A stretch of DNA of 64,000 nucleotides, from positions 76,200,001 to 76,264,000 of the forward strand of contig CM059432.1 in NCBI GenBank assembly GCA_030390025.1, written 5' to 3'. Position numbers and translations under genes: made by a program. The notes under the pieces were generated by a model. The model searched no databases. It was given only the letters and a program-made list of their open reading frames with translations, and was not told the DNA's origin. Each line of letters opens with the position of its first letter. Positions within the stretch are counted from its first letter, which is position 1. The DNA is from Squalus acanthias (lineage: Eukaryota). Positions 11,928 to 25,140 of the stretch are shown one piece after another.

Positions 11928-14201
11928 TGTTCAGTTCCATTCACAACTCCTCAGATAATGAAGCAGTCCATGTCCGCATGCAACAAGACCTGGACGACGT
12001 TCAGGCTTGGGCTGATAAGTGGCAGGTAATATTCGCGCCACACAAGTGCCAGGCAATGACTATCTTCAACAATGCGAAGGATCACTGAAAGGACTACACG
12101 ATAACATCAACAGGTTCCATCCCACCATCAAACTCACCATGGACTACTCCTCAGAATCGGTTTCATGCTTGGACACACGAATCTCCATCAAAGACGGACA
12201 CCTCAGCACTTCACTCTACCGCAAGCCCACGGACAACCTCACGATGCTCCACTTCTCCAGCTTCCACCCTAACCACGTTAAAGAAGCCATCCCCTATGGA
12301 CAAGCCCTGCGAATACACAGGATCTGCTCAGACGAGGAGGAACGCGATGGACACCTACGGATGCTGAAAGACGCCCTCGTAAGAAAGGGATATGACGCTC
12401 GACTCGTCGATCGACAGTTCCGACGGGCCACAGCGAAAAACCGCATAGACCTCCTCAGAAGGCGAACACAGGACACAACCAGCAGAGTACCCTACGTCGT
12501 CCAGTACTTCCCCGGAGCGGAGAAACTACGCCATGTTCTTCGCAGCCTTCAACATGTCATCGATGACGACGAACACCTTGCTAAGGCCATCCCCATGCCT
12601 CCACTACTCGCCTTCAAGCAGCCGCCTAACCTCAAAAGTACCATCGTTCGCAGCAAATTACCCAGCTGTCAGGAGAACAGCGACCACGACACCACACAAC
12701 CCTGCCACGGCAACCTCTGCAAGACATGCCAGATCATCAACACAGATACCATCATCACACGTGAGGACACTACCCACCAGGTACATGGTACATACTCATG
12801 TGACTCGGCCAACGTTGTCTACCTCATACGTTGCAGGAAAGAATGCACCGCGGCATGGTACATCGGCGAGACCATGCAAACACTGAGACAACGTATGAAT
12901 GGACACCACGCAACAATCGGCAGGCAGGATTGTTACCTCCCAGTCGGGGAACACTTCAGCAGTCAAGGACATTCAGCCTCGGATCTGCGGGTTAGCGTTC
13001 TCCAAGGCGGCCTTCGAGACACACGACAACGCAAAATCATCGAGCAGAAACTGATAGCCAAGTTCCGCACCCATGAGGACGGCCTCAATAGGGATCTCGG
13101 GTTCATGTCACGCTACAGAACGTGACTCGACATCGTTGTCTGTTTTTCCAGTTTTAAAAAAAAAGAAAAAAGAAAGTTAAAAGCTTAACTGCAGATGGCA
13201 GCATTTGACACGTTGGACCCCCTGTGACCCACCTCATTGTTTTAGCTGTACTCTGATGTGTCTTTGATGTAATGCCTCCCTAACAGATTGTATCTCTGCA
13301 GACAAATTGTTCTCTGTGTATATATACTGTGTAATCGATTTGTATTCCCTCACTGTACCTGTACCTGAAGAAGGAGCGGAGCTCCAAAGGCTCGTAATTT
13401 TAAATAAAACTGTTGGACTATAACCTGGTGTTGTGTGACTTCTCATTTTTATCTTCAACAAGTGAGAGACTAACCACCGCCCCTTGACATTCAATGGCAT
13501 TACCATCACCGATCCCCCACCATCAACATCCTGGGGGGGTCACCATTGACCAGAAACTTAACTGGACCAGCCACAAATACTGTGGCAACAAGAGCATGTC
13601 AGAGGCTAGGTATTCTGCGGTGAGTGTCTCACCTCCTGACTCCCCAAAGCCTTTCCACCATCTACAAGGCACAAGTCAGGAGTGTGATGGAATACTCTCC
13701 ACTTGCCTGGATGAGTGCAGCTCCAACAACACTCAAGAAGCTCGACACCATCCAGGACAAAGCAGCCCACTTGATTGGCACCCCATCCACCACCTTCAAC
13801 ATTCACTCCCTCCATCACCGGCGTACCGTGGCAGCAGTGTATACCATCTACAAGATGCACTGCAGCAACTCGCCAAGGCTTCTTCGGCAGCACCTCCCAC
13901 ACCCGTGACCTCTTCCACCTAGAAAGACAAGGGCAGCAGGCGCATGGGAACACCACCACCTCCAAGTTCCCCTCCAAGTCACACACCATCCTGACTTGAA
14001 AGTATATCACCGTTCCTTCATCGTCGCTGGGTCAAAATCCTGGAACTCCCTACCTAACGGCACTGTGGGAGTACCTTCACCACACGGACAGCAGCGGTTC
14101 AAGAAGGCGGCTCACCACCACCTTCTCATGGGCAATTAGGGATGGGCAATAAATGCTGTCCTTGCCAGCGACGCCCACATCTCATGAACAAATAAAAAAA
14201 A
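11928..14201 (+). mobile_element. Second copy of the Zenon/Crack-like LINE 3' end, split by Penelope
   Basis: Collinear with 5825-6648; ends in an A-rich tail at about 14190-14202. Confidence 0.85.
12073..13449 (+). mobile_element. Penelope-like element (family 1), 5'-truncated: RT C-terminus, GIY-YIG endonuclease and pLTR
   Basis: Open frame to 13125: FHPTIKLT, TSLYRKPTD, VVYLIRC..WYIGETMQTLRQRMNGH, EQKLI, GLNRD. 12-bp TSD tatcttcaacaa (12061-12072 / 13450-13461). Confidence 0.92.
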
Positions 14202-15639
14202 GGAAGGTTTTAAGGAGCATCTTAAAGGAGGAGAGAGAGGTAAAGAGGCGGAGAGGCTGAGGGAAGGAATTCCAGAGCTTAGAGCCTAGGCAGCTGAATG
14301 CATGACCCCCAATGGTTGAGCGATTAAAATTGAGGATGTGCAAGAGGCCAGAATTGGAGGAGTGCAGAGATCTCGGAAGGTTGTAGGGCTAGAGGAGATT
14401 AGGGAAATAAGGAGGGGTGAGGCCATGGAGGGATTTGAAAACAAAGATGAGAATTTTAAAATTGAGGTGTTGCCGGACCGGCAACCAATGTAGGTTAGTG
14501 AGCACAGGGGTGACAGGTGAATGGGACTTGGTGTGAATTAGGATACGGGCAGCAAAGCTTTGGATGAGTTCAGGCTTATAGAGGGTGGAAGATGGGAGGC
14601 CAACCAGGAGAGCACTGGAATAGTCAAGTCTAGAATTAACAAAGGCATGGATGAGCTGAGGCAGGGACGGAGACGGGCAACGTTACGGAGATGGAAGAAG
14701 GCGGTCTTGGTGATGGAGCGAATATATGGTCGGAAGCTCATCTCAGAGTTAAATAGGACGCCAATACAGCAACAGTCCTGGTGTCAATAGTGGTGGTGGA
14801 AAGATAAAGTTGGGTGTCATCAGCACACATGTATAACTGAGCTCATGTTTGTGGATGACGCCATCAAGATACAGCAAGCAGCTGTTGAATAAGAGCACTT
14901 GTGATGGAGGAGAATGGAGTGGTAAACAGCAATGAAGATGGTTGAGAGTTCAAGAAAGATGAGGAGGGACAGTGAACCTTGTTGCGGTCATTAAGAATGA
15001 CATTGATGACTTGAGCAGGTGGTTTCATGCTGGAGGCTGGTTGGAATCCAGATCGGAGGGACTGAGTATGGAACGGGATTGTTTAAGGACCATGGAGAGA
15101 AGGAACAGGTTGGAAAGAGGATGGAATTGGATTTCTAAGGTGGGTGTGATAACTGTGGTTTAAAAGGCATGGGAACAATACCCAAGGAAAGGAAGAATGT
15201 CAGCAAGCATATGGCTGAAAAAGAAATCTGATTAATCAGGGGTTGGTTTCAAAGGGATTGAGGGAACAGATGATGGGTTTCATGGAGGAACTGAGTCTGA
15301 TGAGAGCTGGATAAGATGGAGGAGAAACTACATAATGTAGTGGTGATGGAGGTTGAGTTGGGCAGGGTTTAGGAGGAGTATGGGGTGAGGTAGATTTGGC
15401 CACATAGAGGGTGAGTTGACATTGCTTGACATGGTCAAGCCAGGTTTGTCGGTAGAGTGCCATGGTGGCAAAATAAAATGCCACAATATGGAACATTCCA
15501 ATCATCTTCAGATCTTCAGGCTACATCTTTGTAGGTTCTGCTGACAGCTTCATTCTGCAAAAAAAATTAGGAAGATTATTGCCCAATCTGTTTTTATCCT
15601 TTGCAGAAAAAATTCACCAGAAAATTTTATTTTCTGCCC

Positions 15640-17472
15640 TCCTCCCCTGAAGGTACTGAGTCATACAGTTCCATTGGGACCAGCAGCTCTCTGTTACCTT
15701 TCCAAAATGGCTACTTTTCACTGCATGATAGTAAATTTTAGCAGGCTATTAGACTGAGGGAGGGGAAGAGGCAGGGGGAAATTACAGCCAAATCCAAACC
15801 TGTCCTCACCTTCACAACACACATCTCTGGACAAAGTGGGAACGCTGCTGAACTTTTCTAGTTCCTCGGCCCTATAGCTACTAAGATCAATTAACTCAGC
15901 ACAGATTAGGGATCAAACCCAAAATATGCCTGGTTTATATTGCTCAGCACCACACTGGGGGCTGGATTTTACCAACCTCGGCGTGTCTGTGGCGTGCGAC
16001 ATCCGTGGCTGGTCCCGACCCTGGGCTGTCTCGATCCCGGCCTCTGACATGATTTTACATTAATAGGCCTTGTTAAGCCCGCCCTGCAAGGTTCCCGGCT
16101 AATTAAAAGGAAGCGGGTCTGATGACATTATTTGATGACGCGTCAACAGCCGGTTTCCTTAAAAGGGACAATGCACAAATTTATTTTGAAAGTTGTGCTG
16201 TCAGTGTTCTACAGCATTGAGGTGCTGCAAACACTGACAAGTACTGCACAAAGATGCACAGCTGCACCCAGACTCTCCCATGACTCCCTCCATATACTTA
16301 TGGAGGGAGTCACAGTATGCAGGGAGGTTCTCTTCCAATGGGCGGAAGAGACCTCCCCAGGACACCAACGCAGCCTGGTTGCACATTGCACAGGAGGGCA
16401 CAAGCAGGGATGTTGTCAGGAGGAACAGGCTGCAGTGGCACAAACCTTTCAATGATCTCTTAGATCACGAAACGTTACTGCAAAGCCACACTCAACCTTA
16501 TCCTGCTGTGCCACTCATCACATCCCCATCACTCTGCCTTCCATACCCTACTCCTGCACATCCTTACTCACACTAACTTACCTTGCACCTCCACCCATCC
16601 CTCTCTATCTACATTATTACTTCCCCATCTCACTAGCCAGCCCTCACACTCACCCTCATCCTAGTCCAATCATACCAACTAACAACACACAAGGGTAGGC
16701 ACTTGGGTGTTTTATGCAATGTTCATGTAAAGTTTCTGTTAATGTGGAGTCAAACATTGAAATCTTTATTTTCAACACTTTGCCTTATTGTACAGATTAG
16801 TGTGCACCTTGAGAAGTATCTTAGTGAGTTCCAGTGAATGGAGAGACATAATGTCCTCCCCCCCCACCAATGATGATGAGTGTGAAAGGAATGGCTTGGG
16901 CCTTGTAGGGATGCTTTATGGTGCTGGTGTGGGGTGGTGTCAACCTGGCGCATCATGTGGCAGCCAGCGTGTACAGCGTCAAGTGAAGTAAATCTGGCCA
17001 TGGTGAGGCCATTCCTGGCCTCCTGGGCAGCAGTGTGGTCGGGTGCTGATGCCCTGTGTCCTTGAACAGCTGTGAAATGGGAGCTTTTATACGACTTTTG
17101 CAGCTTTCAACTATTCACAGCAATGAAGAGTCATTGAGAACCCGACACACTTACCTGACGTGATCCCCGAGCAATGGGAACCTCCTGAAAAAGTTGGAAA
17201 AATGGTAAGTACCTGGTAAAATGCTGTTTAAGTACCTTTTAACAAGCTCTTAACTGTCTGAATTGGCTCCACTGCCGCTTGGTGTCGGGTCTGTAAAACG
17301 CAGACAGACCCGGCACTTGGGAAACTGGCATGGTGGCGGGTTGACAGCGGGATCCCAACCCGCTGTCAATCATTTATATTTTAACAGCAGACCCGCCTCC
17401 GAACCTGCCCTCTGAGCGCCAGCAAAATTCTGGCCCATGGTGTGTATTTACCCTCTAAGCCGTCACAGAGCT
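15640..17472 (-). mobile_element. Ancient tRNA-headed SINE-like repeat, split by Harbinger B
   Basis: Halves 15640-15957 and 17437-17472. Similar segments on + at about 4240-4400, 47340-47530 and 56688-56750 (gtgaggacagg..., ggaactg...ccttcagg/ccttccgg). Confidence 0.45.
15958..17436. mobile_element. Non-autonomous Harbinger B (Myb exon 1 remnant +, deleted transposase -)
   Basis: TIRs gggctggatttt / aaaattctggccc; AAWLHIAQE...WHKPFNDL; collinear with 20047-21841. Confidence 0.85.
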
Positions 17473-18605
17473 GTAAAAACATTATAAACAGGCTATCAAA
17501 TCACATGTAATATTACTGGCTCTCGAGAAAGATCATTCTTGTCTGAATATAAGTTATGAGTCTTTCATACACACAAAATAAGTCCTGCTGTAGTGAGAGA
17601 TCCGATCAGTATTAAATGCTATTATAAATAGGATAACTTATTCAATTGAATCATTTGAGAGTTATTGTTTTTTTTATTGGCTACTATTAAATAAAGGGGT
17701 TTCCAAAACAATTTTTACTTATAACATGTACCATATATAACATGCACTTTTTCCTACCCTGTAAAAGTTATCGTCTATAAAATGCACTTAGATTATAGGC
17801 CCATTTTTCAAACAAATCATTTGAAATATAAGTGAAAATGACTTTGAAGTCTACTTTAACAACAATTTTTTGCAATGACCATACACTCTCATATAACAAG
17901 GTAGATTTTGATGATGAAAACCCTTCAACATATTTGATCTCATCCTTCCGGAATACTAAGCCCACCATCTTCCTATTATGGCATCTAATTGTTTCTTGAA
18001 TGAGTTCTGTGTCCTGACGTCAGCACACACTTACATTTAACACACACTAATATATATGATGCACCTGGTTATGGGCCCATTTCACAACACAGATTTGTGT
18101 GCACTATGTGTGCAAAATAAGGGGACAAGCTGTTCTTGCAGTAATGCATAATAGTATTTGTGACAAGTTAGGAACTCAATTATTTAAAAAGAATTTTAGT
18201 AGCTTTTGGTACAGTTTCTTTAGATCTATATGAACATGTCTGTGCTGGGAACATCTCAATGTAGGGAAATGGAAAACTTTCCCACTTCTTAGCATCAAGT
18301 ATTAACAGGTTAAACAGTGGACACAGGGTAAAGCTCCCTTTATACTGCCCCAATAATGCGCCTTGACCATAACCTCAACCACATTAGCCTGATATTTATG
18401 TTTACCACACAAATGTCTATGGACTCTGTATGATAGTCCTTAATTTGTTTAATTAATGGGATATTTAGCACTTACAGTCATTGGGAATCGAGTTGACATT
18501 GCAGAAGTGATATTAACTTAGGACCTTTTGAGACATCACAGAGACACATCCAATTCATCATTCTGAGCTAAATTAAAATCCTGGACCCAGTCCTGAAAGC
18601 TCAAT

Positions 18606-18973
18606 GGCCTAGAAATTGGATTGCGTTATGCCTGTTTTACAGAATCCAATATGAGGGGTGGCGTGTGCGTGCTCACTCCATGCCAGAAGGGCGCCACGAA
18701 CCATATTGGTGAGGGCTTCTCCGTAGGTGTCCAGGGCGCACACCTGAAACAGGCGTTAGGCCCTTTGTAAATCGGGGACCTAACACCACTTTCAGGTTCC
18801 TTTGCAAAACTGGACTGTGAATGACTGTGGTGTTTGCAGGCACTTAGCAGCCAAACCAGCAGTCCTTAAAGGCAGCTTGCTGGTAATAAACAAATGAAAC
18901 CGGTGGACCAATTTGCCGTGGTTCTGCCACTGGCCTCATTAGGCATGATTCAACACAATCCAATTTCTAGGCT
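18606..18973. mobile_element. Harbinger-type MITE
   Basis: 17-bp TIR gcctagaaattggattg / caatccaatttctaggc. Sits in an old minus-strand SINE-like relic (about 18315-19000) resembling the LF-SINE 3' part from memory. Confidence 0.8.
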
Positions 18974-20046
18974 ATTGCTTCAACTCCCAGTCACAAAGAA
19001 TTATACTTTGTAACTTCTTCTAAGCTAATGACTCACATTTGCCATGTTATGCACTCAGTAAAGTCGGTAATGACATCGGAAAGATCAACATCACATTATT
19101 TTAAGACAGAAATTGATTTGCACACACTTCAAAATACAGTGCAAATATTGCATACCCTTGTAGCCTGTGATTTTTTTTTAATAGGGCCCTAGTGATGCAG
19201 CAGTAAATTAAGAACCAAATAATTATTTTGTCTGGCAGTTTTCCCTCCTCCTTCTAGGTGACTCAGATGAGATTGGCAGATCTCCCCCTCTAGGGCAGGC
19301 CTGAGAGTCATTATTAGTCGAGAATAAGATGTAAACTAAGACTCCATGCTACAAACATTGTCCAGTTCAGCGAGTACCAATCTTATTGCGGAGTCACTAA
19401 CATCACCCAGTTCACTCACTGTTCTGCATTAACTCTTGGATGCCATGATGTAACCTCATTCAGTGCTGGAGAGATTCAGACAGAAAAATTCTGAGGGATT
19501 ATCACTGCTTCATATCTGGCCCTATCAATCATGGAACTGAGTATCTATTCTGTAATGAGGTTAAAGAATGTATCAGAGATAATACAGATGTTCACTAGAT
19601 AATTTGATCCAAAGCCAATTATTTGCTTCTCTCCCTTTCATGTTGCAGTCTCGGAATACAGCAGTGGCTTGATGCCAGCAATGGAGGGCTGTTGTACATT
19701 TCACCACTGTACTGATAAACAAAGAATGAATAGTGACTAGTGGAATTCAGACTGCTACAATTTTCATAATTTCACCTTTTTTGTTTATAGTTTGTGTCCA
19801 GGAACTCAGGCTAACCGGGACAGAGAATTCCACGTTGGGCCCTCATCATTAGTATTTAAGGAAATGTAGGCAAGCATAGATATCGTACCAAGAGACCCGT
19901 AGAGCTAATTACAGTAACACAACGCCTCAGTCAGGAAGATTGCAGGTCAGTGACAATAATCAGTATACCGTAATACCCACAGTGGTCTTAGTGGGACAAC
20001 ATTGCTACATTAGGCAGCAAGCCCTGAATTTACTTAGAGACTCTAC

Positions 20047-21841
20047 GGGCTGGATTTTGCCAGCGGAGGCGGGTTCACAGCGGGATAGGTAATTGGTGGG
20101 TTCCGGTCCCACTCCCGGCTCCAGCCGCTCTGTGAAAAGGATTTTCCGTTAATAGGGCTTGTTAAGCCCGCCCTGTGGGGTTCCTACTAAAATGAAAAGG
20201 AAGCGGGTCTGATGACATCATTGGATGACGCGTCATCAGCCGGTTTCCTTAAAGGGACCATGGCCGCATTCATTTTGACAGTTGTGCTGTCAGTGTTCTG
20301 CAGCATTGAGGTGTGCAAACACTGATGAGCACTGCACAAAGGTGCACGGCTGTACCCAAACATCTCGCATGACTCCCTCCATATGCTTATGGAGGGAGTC
20401 ACAGCATGCAGGGAGGTTCTCTTCCTTTCCAAGGGCGGAAGAGACCTTCCCAGGAGACCAACACAGCCTGGTTGCACATTGCACAGGAGGGCAAAAGCAG
20501 GGATGTCGTCAGGAGGACCAGGCTACAGTGGCGCAAACCTTTCAATGATCTCAGTAGATCACGAAATGTTACTGCAAAGCCACACTCAACCCCTCATCCT
20601 GCTGTGCCACTCATTACATCCCCATCACTTTGCCTTCCATACCCTACTCCTGCACATCCTTACTCACACCAACTTACCTTGCACCTCCACCCATCCCTCT
20701 CTATCTACATTATCACTTCCCCATCTCACTAGCCAGCCCTCACACTCACCCTCATCCTAATGCAATCATACCAACTAACAACACATAAGGGTAGGCACTT
20801 GGGTGATTTATGCAATGTTCATGTAAATTTTCTGATAATGTGTTGTCGAACATTGAAATCTTTATTTTCAACCCTTTGCCTTATTGTAAAGATCTGTGCT
20901 CACCTTTGGAAGTGTCTTAGTGAGTTGCAGTGAATGGTGAATAATAATGGTATCCCCCGCAATGGTGATGAGTGTGAAAGGAATGGCTTGGGCATTGAAG
21001 GGATGCTTTATGGTGCTGGTGTGGTGTGGGGTGCATCATGTGGTAGCCAGGGTGTACAGCGTCAAGTGAAGTAAATCTGGCCATGGTGATGCCATCGCTG
21101 GCCTCCCGGGCAGCAATGTTGTCGGGTGCTGATGCCCTGTGTCCTGTGCAGCATGAAGTGATTGAGGAGAAGGTTGGTATTGATGTTGGTGATGTTGGTG
21201 TGCCTGGTGATGTTGATGTTGGGGCTGATCGTGGAGGGATTCAGAGGACCAAAGGTGAGATTTTTTCAAGGGCACTGATGTTGCTGGAATAGATGGCAGC
21301 TGAAGTTGAGATGATAGAAGCAATCTGTCAATGGTGAGAGAGGTTGCTCTAAGGAGGTGACAGTGGATAGAGAGTGTACTCCAAATACTTCCAAACTGCA
21401 TACAACTCAAAAGTGTCTTCCAAGTCCTATAGGCTCAAGCTTCTGACATTGGAAAGTGACCAGCTGTGAAATGGTAGCTTTCATACCACTTTTGCAGCTG
21501 TCACCTATTCACAGCAATGGGGAGACATAGAGAACCTGACCTACTTACCTGACATGATCTCCAAATGACGTGAATCCCGTTAAAAATGTGGTAAAATAAT
21601 ATGGTAAAATAGTAAAAGGCTGGCAAAATAGTAGGTAACAAGCACTTAACAAGCAGTTAAGTATCTTAAATGCCTCCCCTGCCGCTTGGTGTCGGGTCTG
21701 TTCTGAAATTGCAAACCTGACACTTTGGAAACTTACATGGAGGCGGTTCGCAGCGAGTTCCCAACCCGCTGTCAATCATTTCGATTTTGACAGCGGACCC
21801 GCCTCCGAACCTGCACTCTGAGCACCGGCAAAATCGCGGCC
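20047..21841. mobile_element. Non-autonomous Harbinger C
   Basis: TIRs gggctggattttgcc / ggcaaaatcgcggcc; 3-bp TSD TAC on both sides; Myb exon 1 remnant (WRKPFNDLSRS). Confidence 0.9.
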
Positions 21842-21864
21842 TACATTCCTCACCTTGTACTTAC

Positions 21865-21923
21865 CTTTATTACATGGGAATATAGGTAAACACTCCATGT
21901 TACTCTTTGTTGGCAAAGTTTCA
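21865..21923 (-). other. Candidate 59-nt exon (KLCQQRVTWSVYLYSHVIK or ETLPTKSNMECLPIFPCNK)
   Basis: Acceptor ttttattccctatctgctgtgcacAG and consensus donor AAG|GTAAGT; two open frames; unique sequence. Confidence 0.3.
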
Positions 21924-22379
21924 CTGTGCACAGCAGATAGGGAATAAAATGCAGTGCATATAAAGACTCTGCTACAGCACAGATTCTGCAAGCATATTCT
22001 GCACATGTATATTTGAATAGACTCAAAGCTTAGCTGGTCTCAGTTTATTTGACTGTGACATTACCTGACCACTTATAAACAGATCCATAATGTAGTGAAG
22101 AGATGTTTACTCCAAATTTACTTGCGATTTCTGGTGAGTTTGGGATTTTAAAGCAGGATACTGTAAATTTGCAGGTAGATTCTGGGAGCGAGAGCCCATT
22201 CTGCAGGTTTCCGCCCATAATGGCAGCACCCTAATGGAGGAAGGGTAGTTCAGGGTAGAGGGAAGGAAAGTGAGGCACCAACTAAGGAGGATGTGCTCCA
22301 GGAAATGTTACCCCCCATGTTGCTTGCCAAAGAATTTGCACACCAAGCAGATTTCATGATCTCAACGAGCAGCTCTGCG

Positions 22380-23068
22380 TGAAGAGTGAGCTTCGCCAAA
22401 CAGGCAATGGGGGAGCAGTCCCAGCTACGACATGAAGACCTGCATCCACAGTCACCCACCTGGACAGCTCTGCCTGTGAATGTGAAAATGATGCTCACAC
22501 TCAATTTTTATGCCGCAAGCTCATTTCAAATAGTCTCCAGCGATCTGTGCAATAGTATCCAGAGTGCCACCCAGGCATATAATCATCAGGCCGCTGACAC
22601 ACTTCTTAGAACAGCCGAGGAGTCATTCAGTTTGTTATGACAGCAGGGCAGCATAGTGACTGAGCCATCCACTTTTGTCATGTTGTTGGGTTCCCTACAA
22701 CGCAGGGTGCAATAGATGGCACCACGCAGCATTGCAAGCTCCTACAGTTAAACTCCTCAACTACCTTAATAGAAAGGAGTAGCACTCATTGAATGTCCAA
22801 TTTGTGTTACCAGATGCCAAAAATCCTTCATGTCAATGCCAGAATTGCTAGAAGTTTCTATGATACATTCATCAACAGGAATTCTGGCCTCCATCAGCTT
22901 TTCAAGGAAAATAGTCAAATAAATGGACAGCTTGTGGGTAACAAGGTGTACCCCTTGCTTCCATGGATAATGACCCCTCTAAGAGCTGCAAGAACAGCAG
23001 CTAAGGAGCACTACAACAAGGCAGATGCTTATATTAGAGTTGGGATAGTGAGAACTATAGATGTATAA
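22380..23068 (+). pseudogene. Degenerate Harbinger (HARBI1-like) transposase
   Basis: ALPVNVKMMLTLNFYAASSFQ; NRKx*HSLNVQ; LVGNKVYPLLPWIMTPL...YN; many stops and frameshifts. Confidence 0.8.
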
Positions 23069-23313
23069 AAGTAAACAGTATCTGCTGACGCACAGAGTGG
23101 TCTTAAACGGAGTGCACTTAGAGTGTTAAAATTGGGAACTTGGAGAGAGTGGGAATTCAGAGCAGAGCGGTAGGAGGTGCTGCTTTTTGCCTCCAATACT
23201 TGTAGTGGTTTGTGTTACAGGTAAATATTTAATTTAATCTACCTATAGCTTAAACTAGATCTAGTAATTAGTTAAAAAAAACTAAACTTTAAGCTAAGTT
23301 AATTAAATACATA

Positions 23314-24035
23314 GGGGGAAAATTTCAGTCACACCCCCTTTGGGGCGCTAACTTCGCCGGGACGCTGCTTTTAGTGCCCTGAAAAAGTTAGCACCCCCAT
23401 GCCGTAAATTGAGTGGTAGTGCCCCAAGCAGGAGGCGGGACACTACTGGAAGCACTCAGCCTCCTTCCTGGGGCGCTACCATTCTATATCGCGGCACCAC
23501 ATGCATCGGCACATAGCGCCGCGGTATTACAGGCCTCCCTCCCCTGATTAAAGTGGAGGGGCCTAGCGCAGCGTGCACCGGAGCCCTGCTGGACCACCGG
23601 GGAGCAGGCTGCCGGGAAAACAGCCCGGCACTCAAGAGGAGTGCCGGGCTGACCGATCGCGGCCGGCACCCTGCAAAAAGAAGCGGGAGGGGGCAGGTGC
23701 TGGCAGGCGGCCCAAAAGAAAAGGCCGCCCAGCACCTGCCCTTTAATTAGTGCCGCCGTGACTGCAAGAGCACCACGCTGACCCTGTCGGACATATCATC
23801 CGGCGGTAGGTCAGGGGGCGCGACCGAAGTTTGCGGCCAGGGCGTGAGCGGGGCACTGCGCACGGCGATGATGTCATCGCTGGAGGCACAGTGCCATGGG
23901 ACGCTACTGGCTACCACCACCGCTAACCTCCCGCTGAATTTCGCAGGAGGCGTTAGTGGCGCTGCACTTGGGCGCTAGGTGCTTTGCGCCCCCTGGGCGC
24001 TAACGGGAGGCGCAAAGCAACCCAATTTTCCCCCC
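23314..24035. mobile_element. GC-rich Harbinger-type MITE (GGGGG-TIR family) in the CR1 5' UTR
   Basis: TIR gggggaaaatt / aattttccccc; TSD ATA; right end shared with 60178-61069. Confidence 0.9.
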
Positions 24036-25140
24036 ATAAACTTTAATTAATTAAATAAATAAAACAAGGTTATATAAGGATGGCAGTGCAGGTGGTGTGC
24101 CACAACTGCAGCATGTGGGAGTTTGTGGAGAGCATCGCAATCCCAGATGACCATGTGTGCATTAAGTGTCTGCATCTTAAGGAACTTCAACTCAGAGTTG
24201 CTGAGCTGGAGTCCGAAGTGCAGACATTGCAGGGCATCAGGGAGGAGTAAAGTTACCTGGACACTTTGATCCAGGAGGCAGTCACACCCCTTAGGTTAGG
24301 TACAGGTCTGGTTAGTGGTCAGGGACAGGAGGCTGTGACTGTGACTCAGGCAGGTAAGGAAACCCCAGGTGTAGTGCTGGAGGAGTCTCGGCCTTTACCC
24401 TTATCCAACAGGTACGAGTTTCTTGCTGCCTGTGTGGATGAGGGCAAAGTCTGCAGGGTGGATGAGCCAACTGACCACGGCACCGTGGTACAGTAGGCCA
24501 TTCAAGTGTGGGGAGTGAAAGGAATGTTGTAGTGGTAGGGGACAGTATAGTCAGGGGGATAGATACTGTTCCCTGCAGCCACGATCGGGAGATCCGAAGG
24601 CTGTGTTGCCTGCCCGGTGACAGGGTTAAGAATATCTCCTCGCAATTGGAGAAGAATTGGGAGTGGGAGGGGGAGGATCCAGTTGTTGTGGTCCAGTAGG
24701 AACCAATGATATAGGTAGAACTAGGAATGAGGTCCTGCTGAGAGATTTTGAGGAGCTAGGGTCCAAATTAAAATGCAAAGCTAATAATCTCTGGATTGTT
24801 ACCTGAGACACGTGCAAATTGGCATAGGGACAAGCAGATCAGAGAGTTTGCATGGCTCAAAGCGTGGTGTGGGAGGAAGGGGTTTCAATTCATGGGGCAC
24901 TGAAATCAGTACTGGGGAAAGAGAGAGCTGTTCTTTTGGGACGGGCTCCACTTAAACCGGGCTGCGACCAGTGTCCCGGCGAATCAAATACCATGGGCTG
25001 TAGATAGGGCTTTAAACTATAAAGGGGGGGGGGGAGAGGTCAGGTGAGGGGAAATTTAGAAATCTAAAGAGCAAAGTCAAGGGAATGGAGCAGCGTAGCA
25101 ATTTCAGTAAAGAAAAGCAGTGTGTGACAGGAAGGGACAT

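Larger units (their letters stand above)
11788..14762 (-). mobile_element. L2 3' fragment split by a nested LINE (halves about 11788-11927 and 14202-14762)
   Basis: (CAA)n tail at about 11790; ...ggtcaaagag | gaaggttttaaggagc rejoins into the sequence seen at 369-396; [25 protein letters not shown]. Confidence 0.85.
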
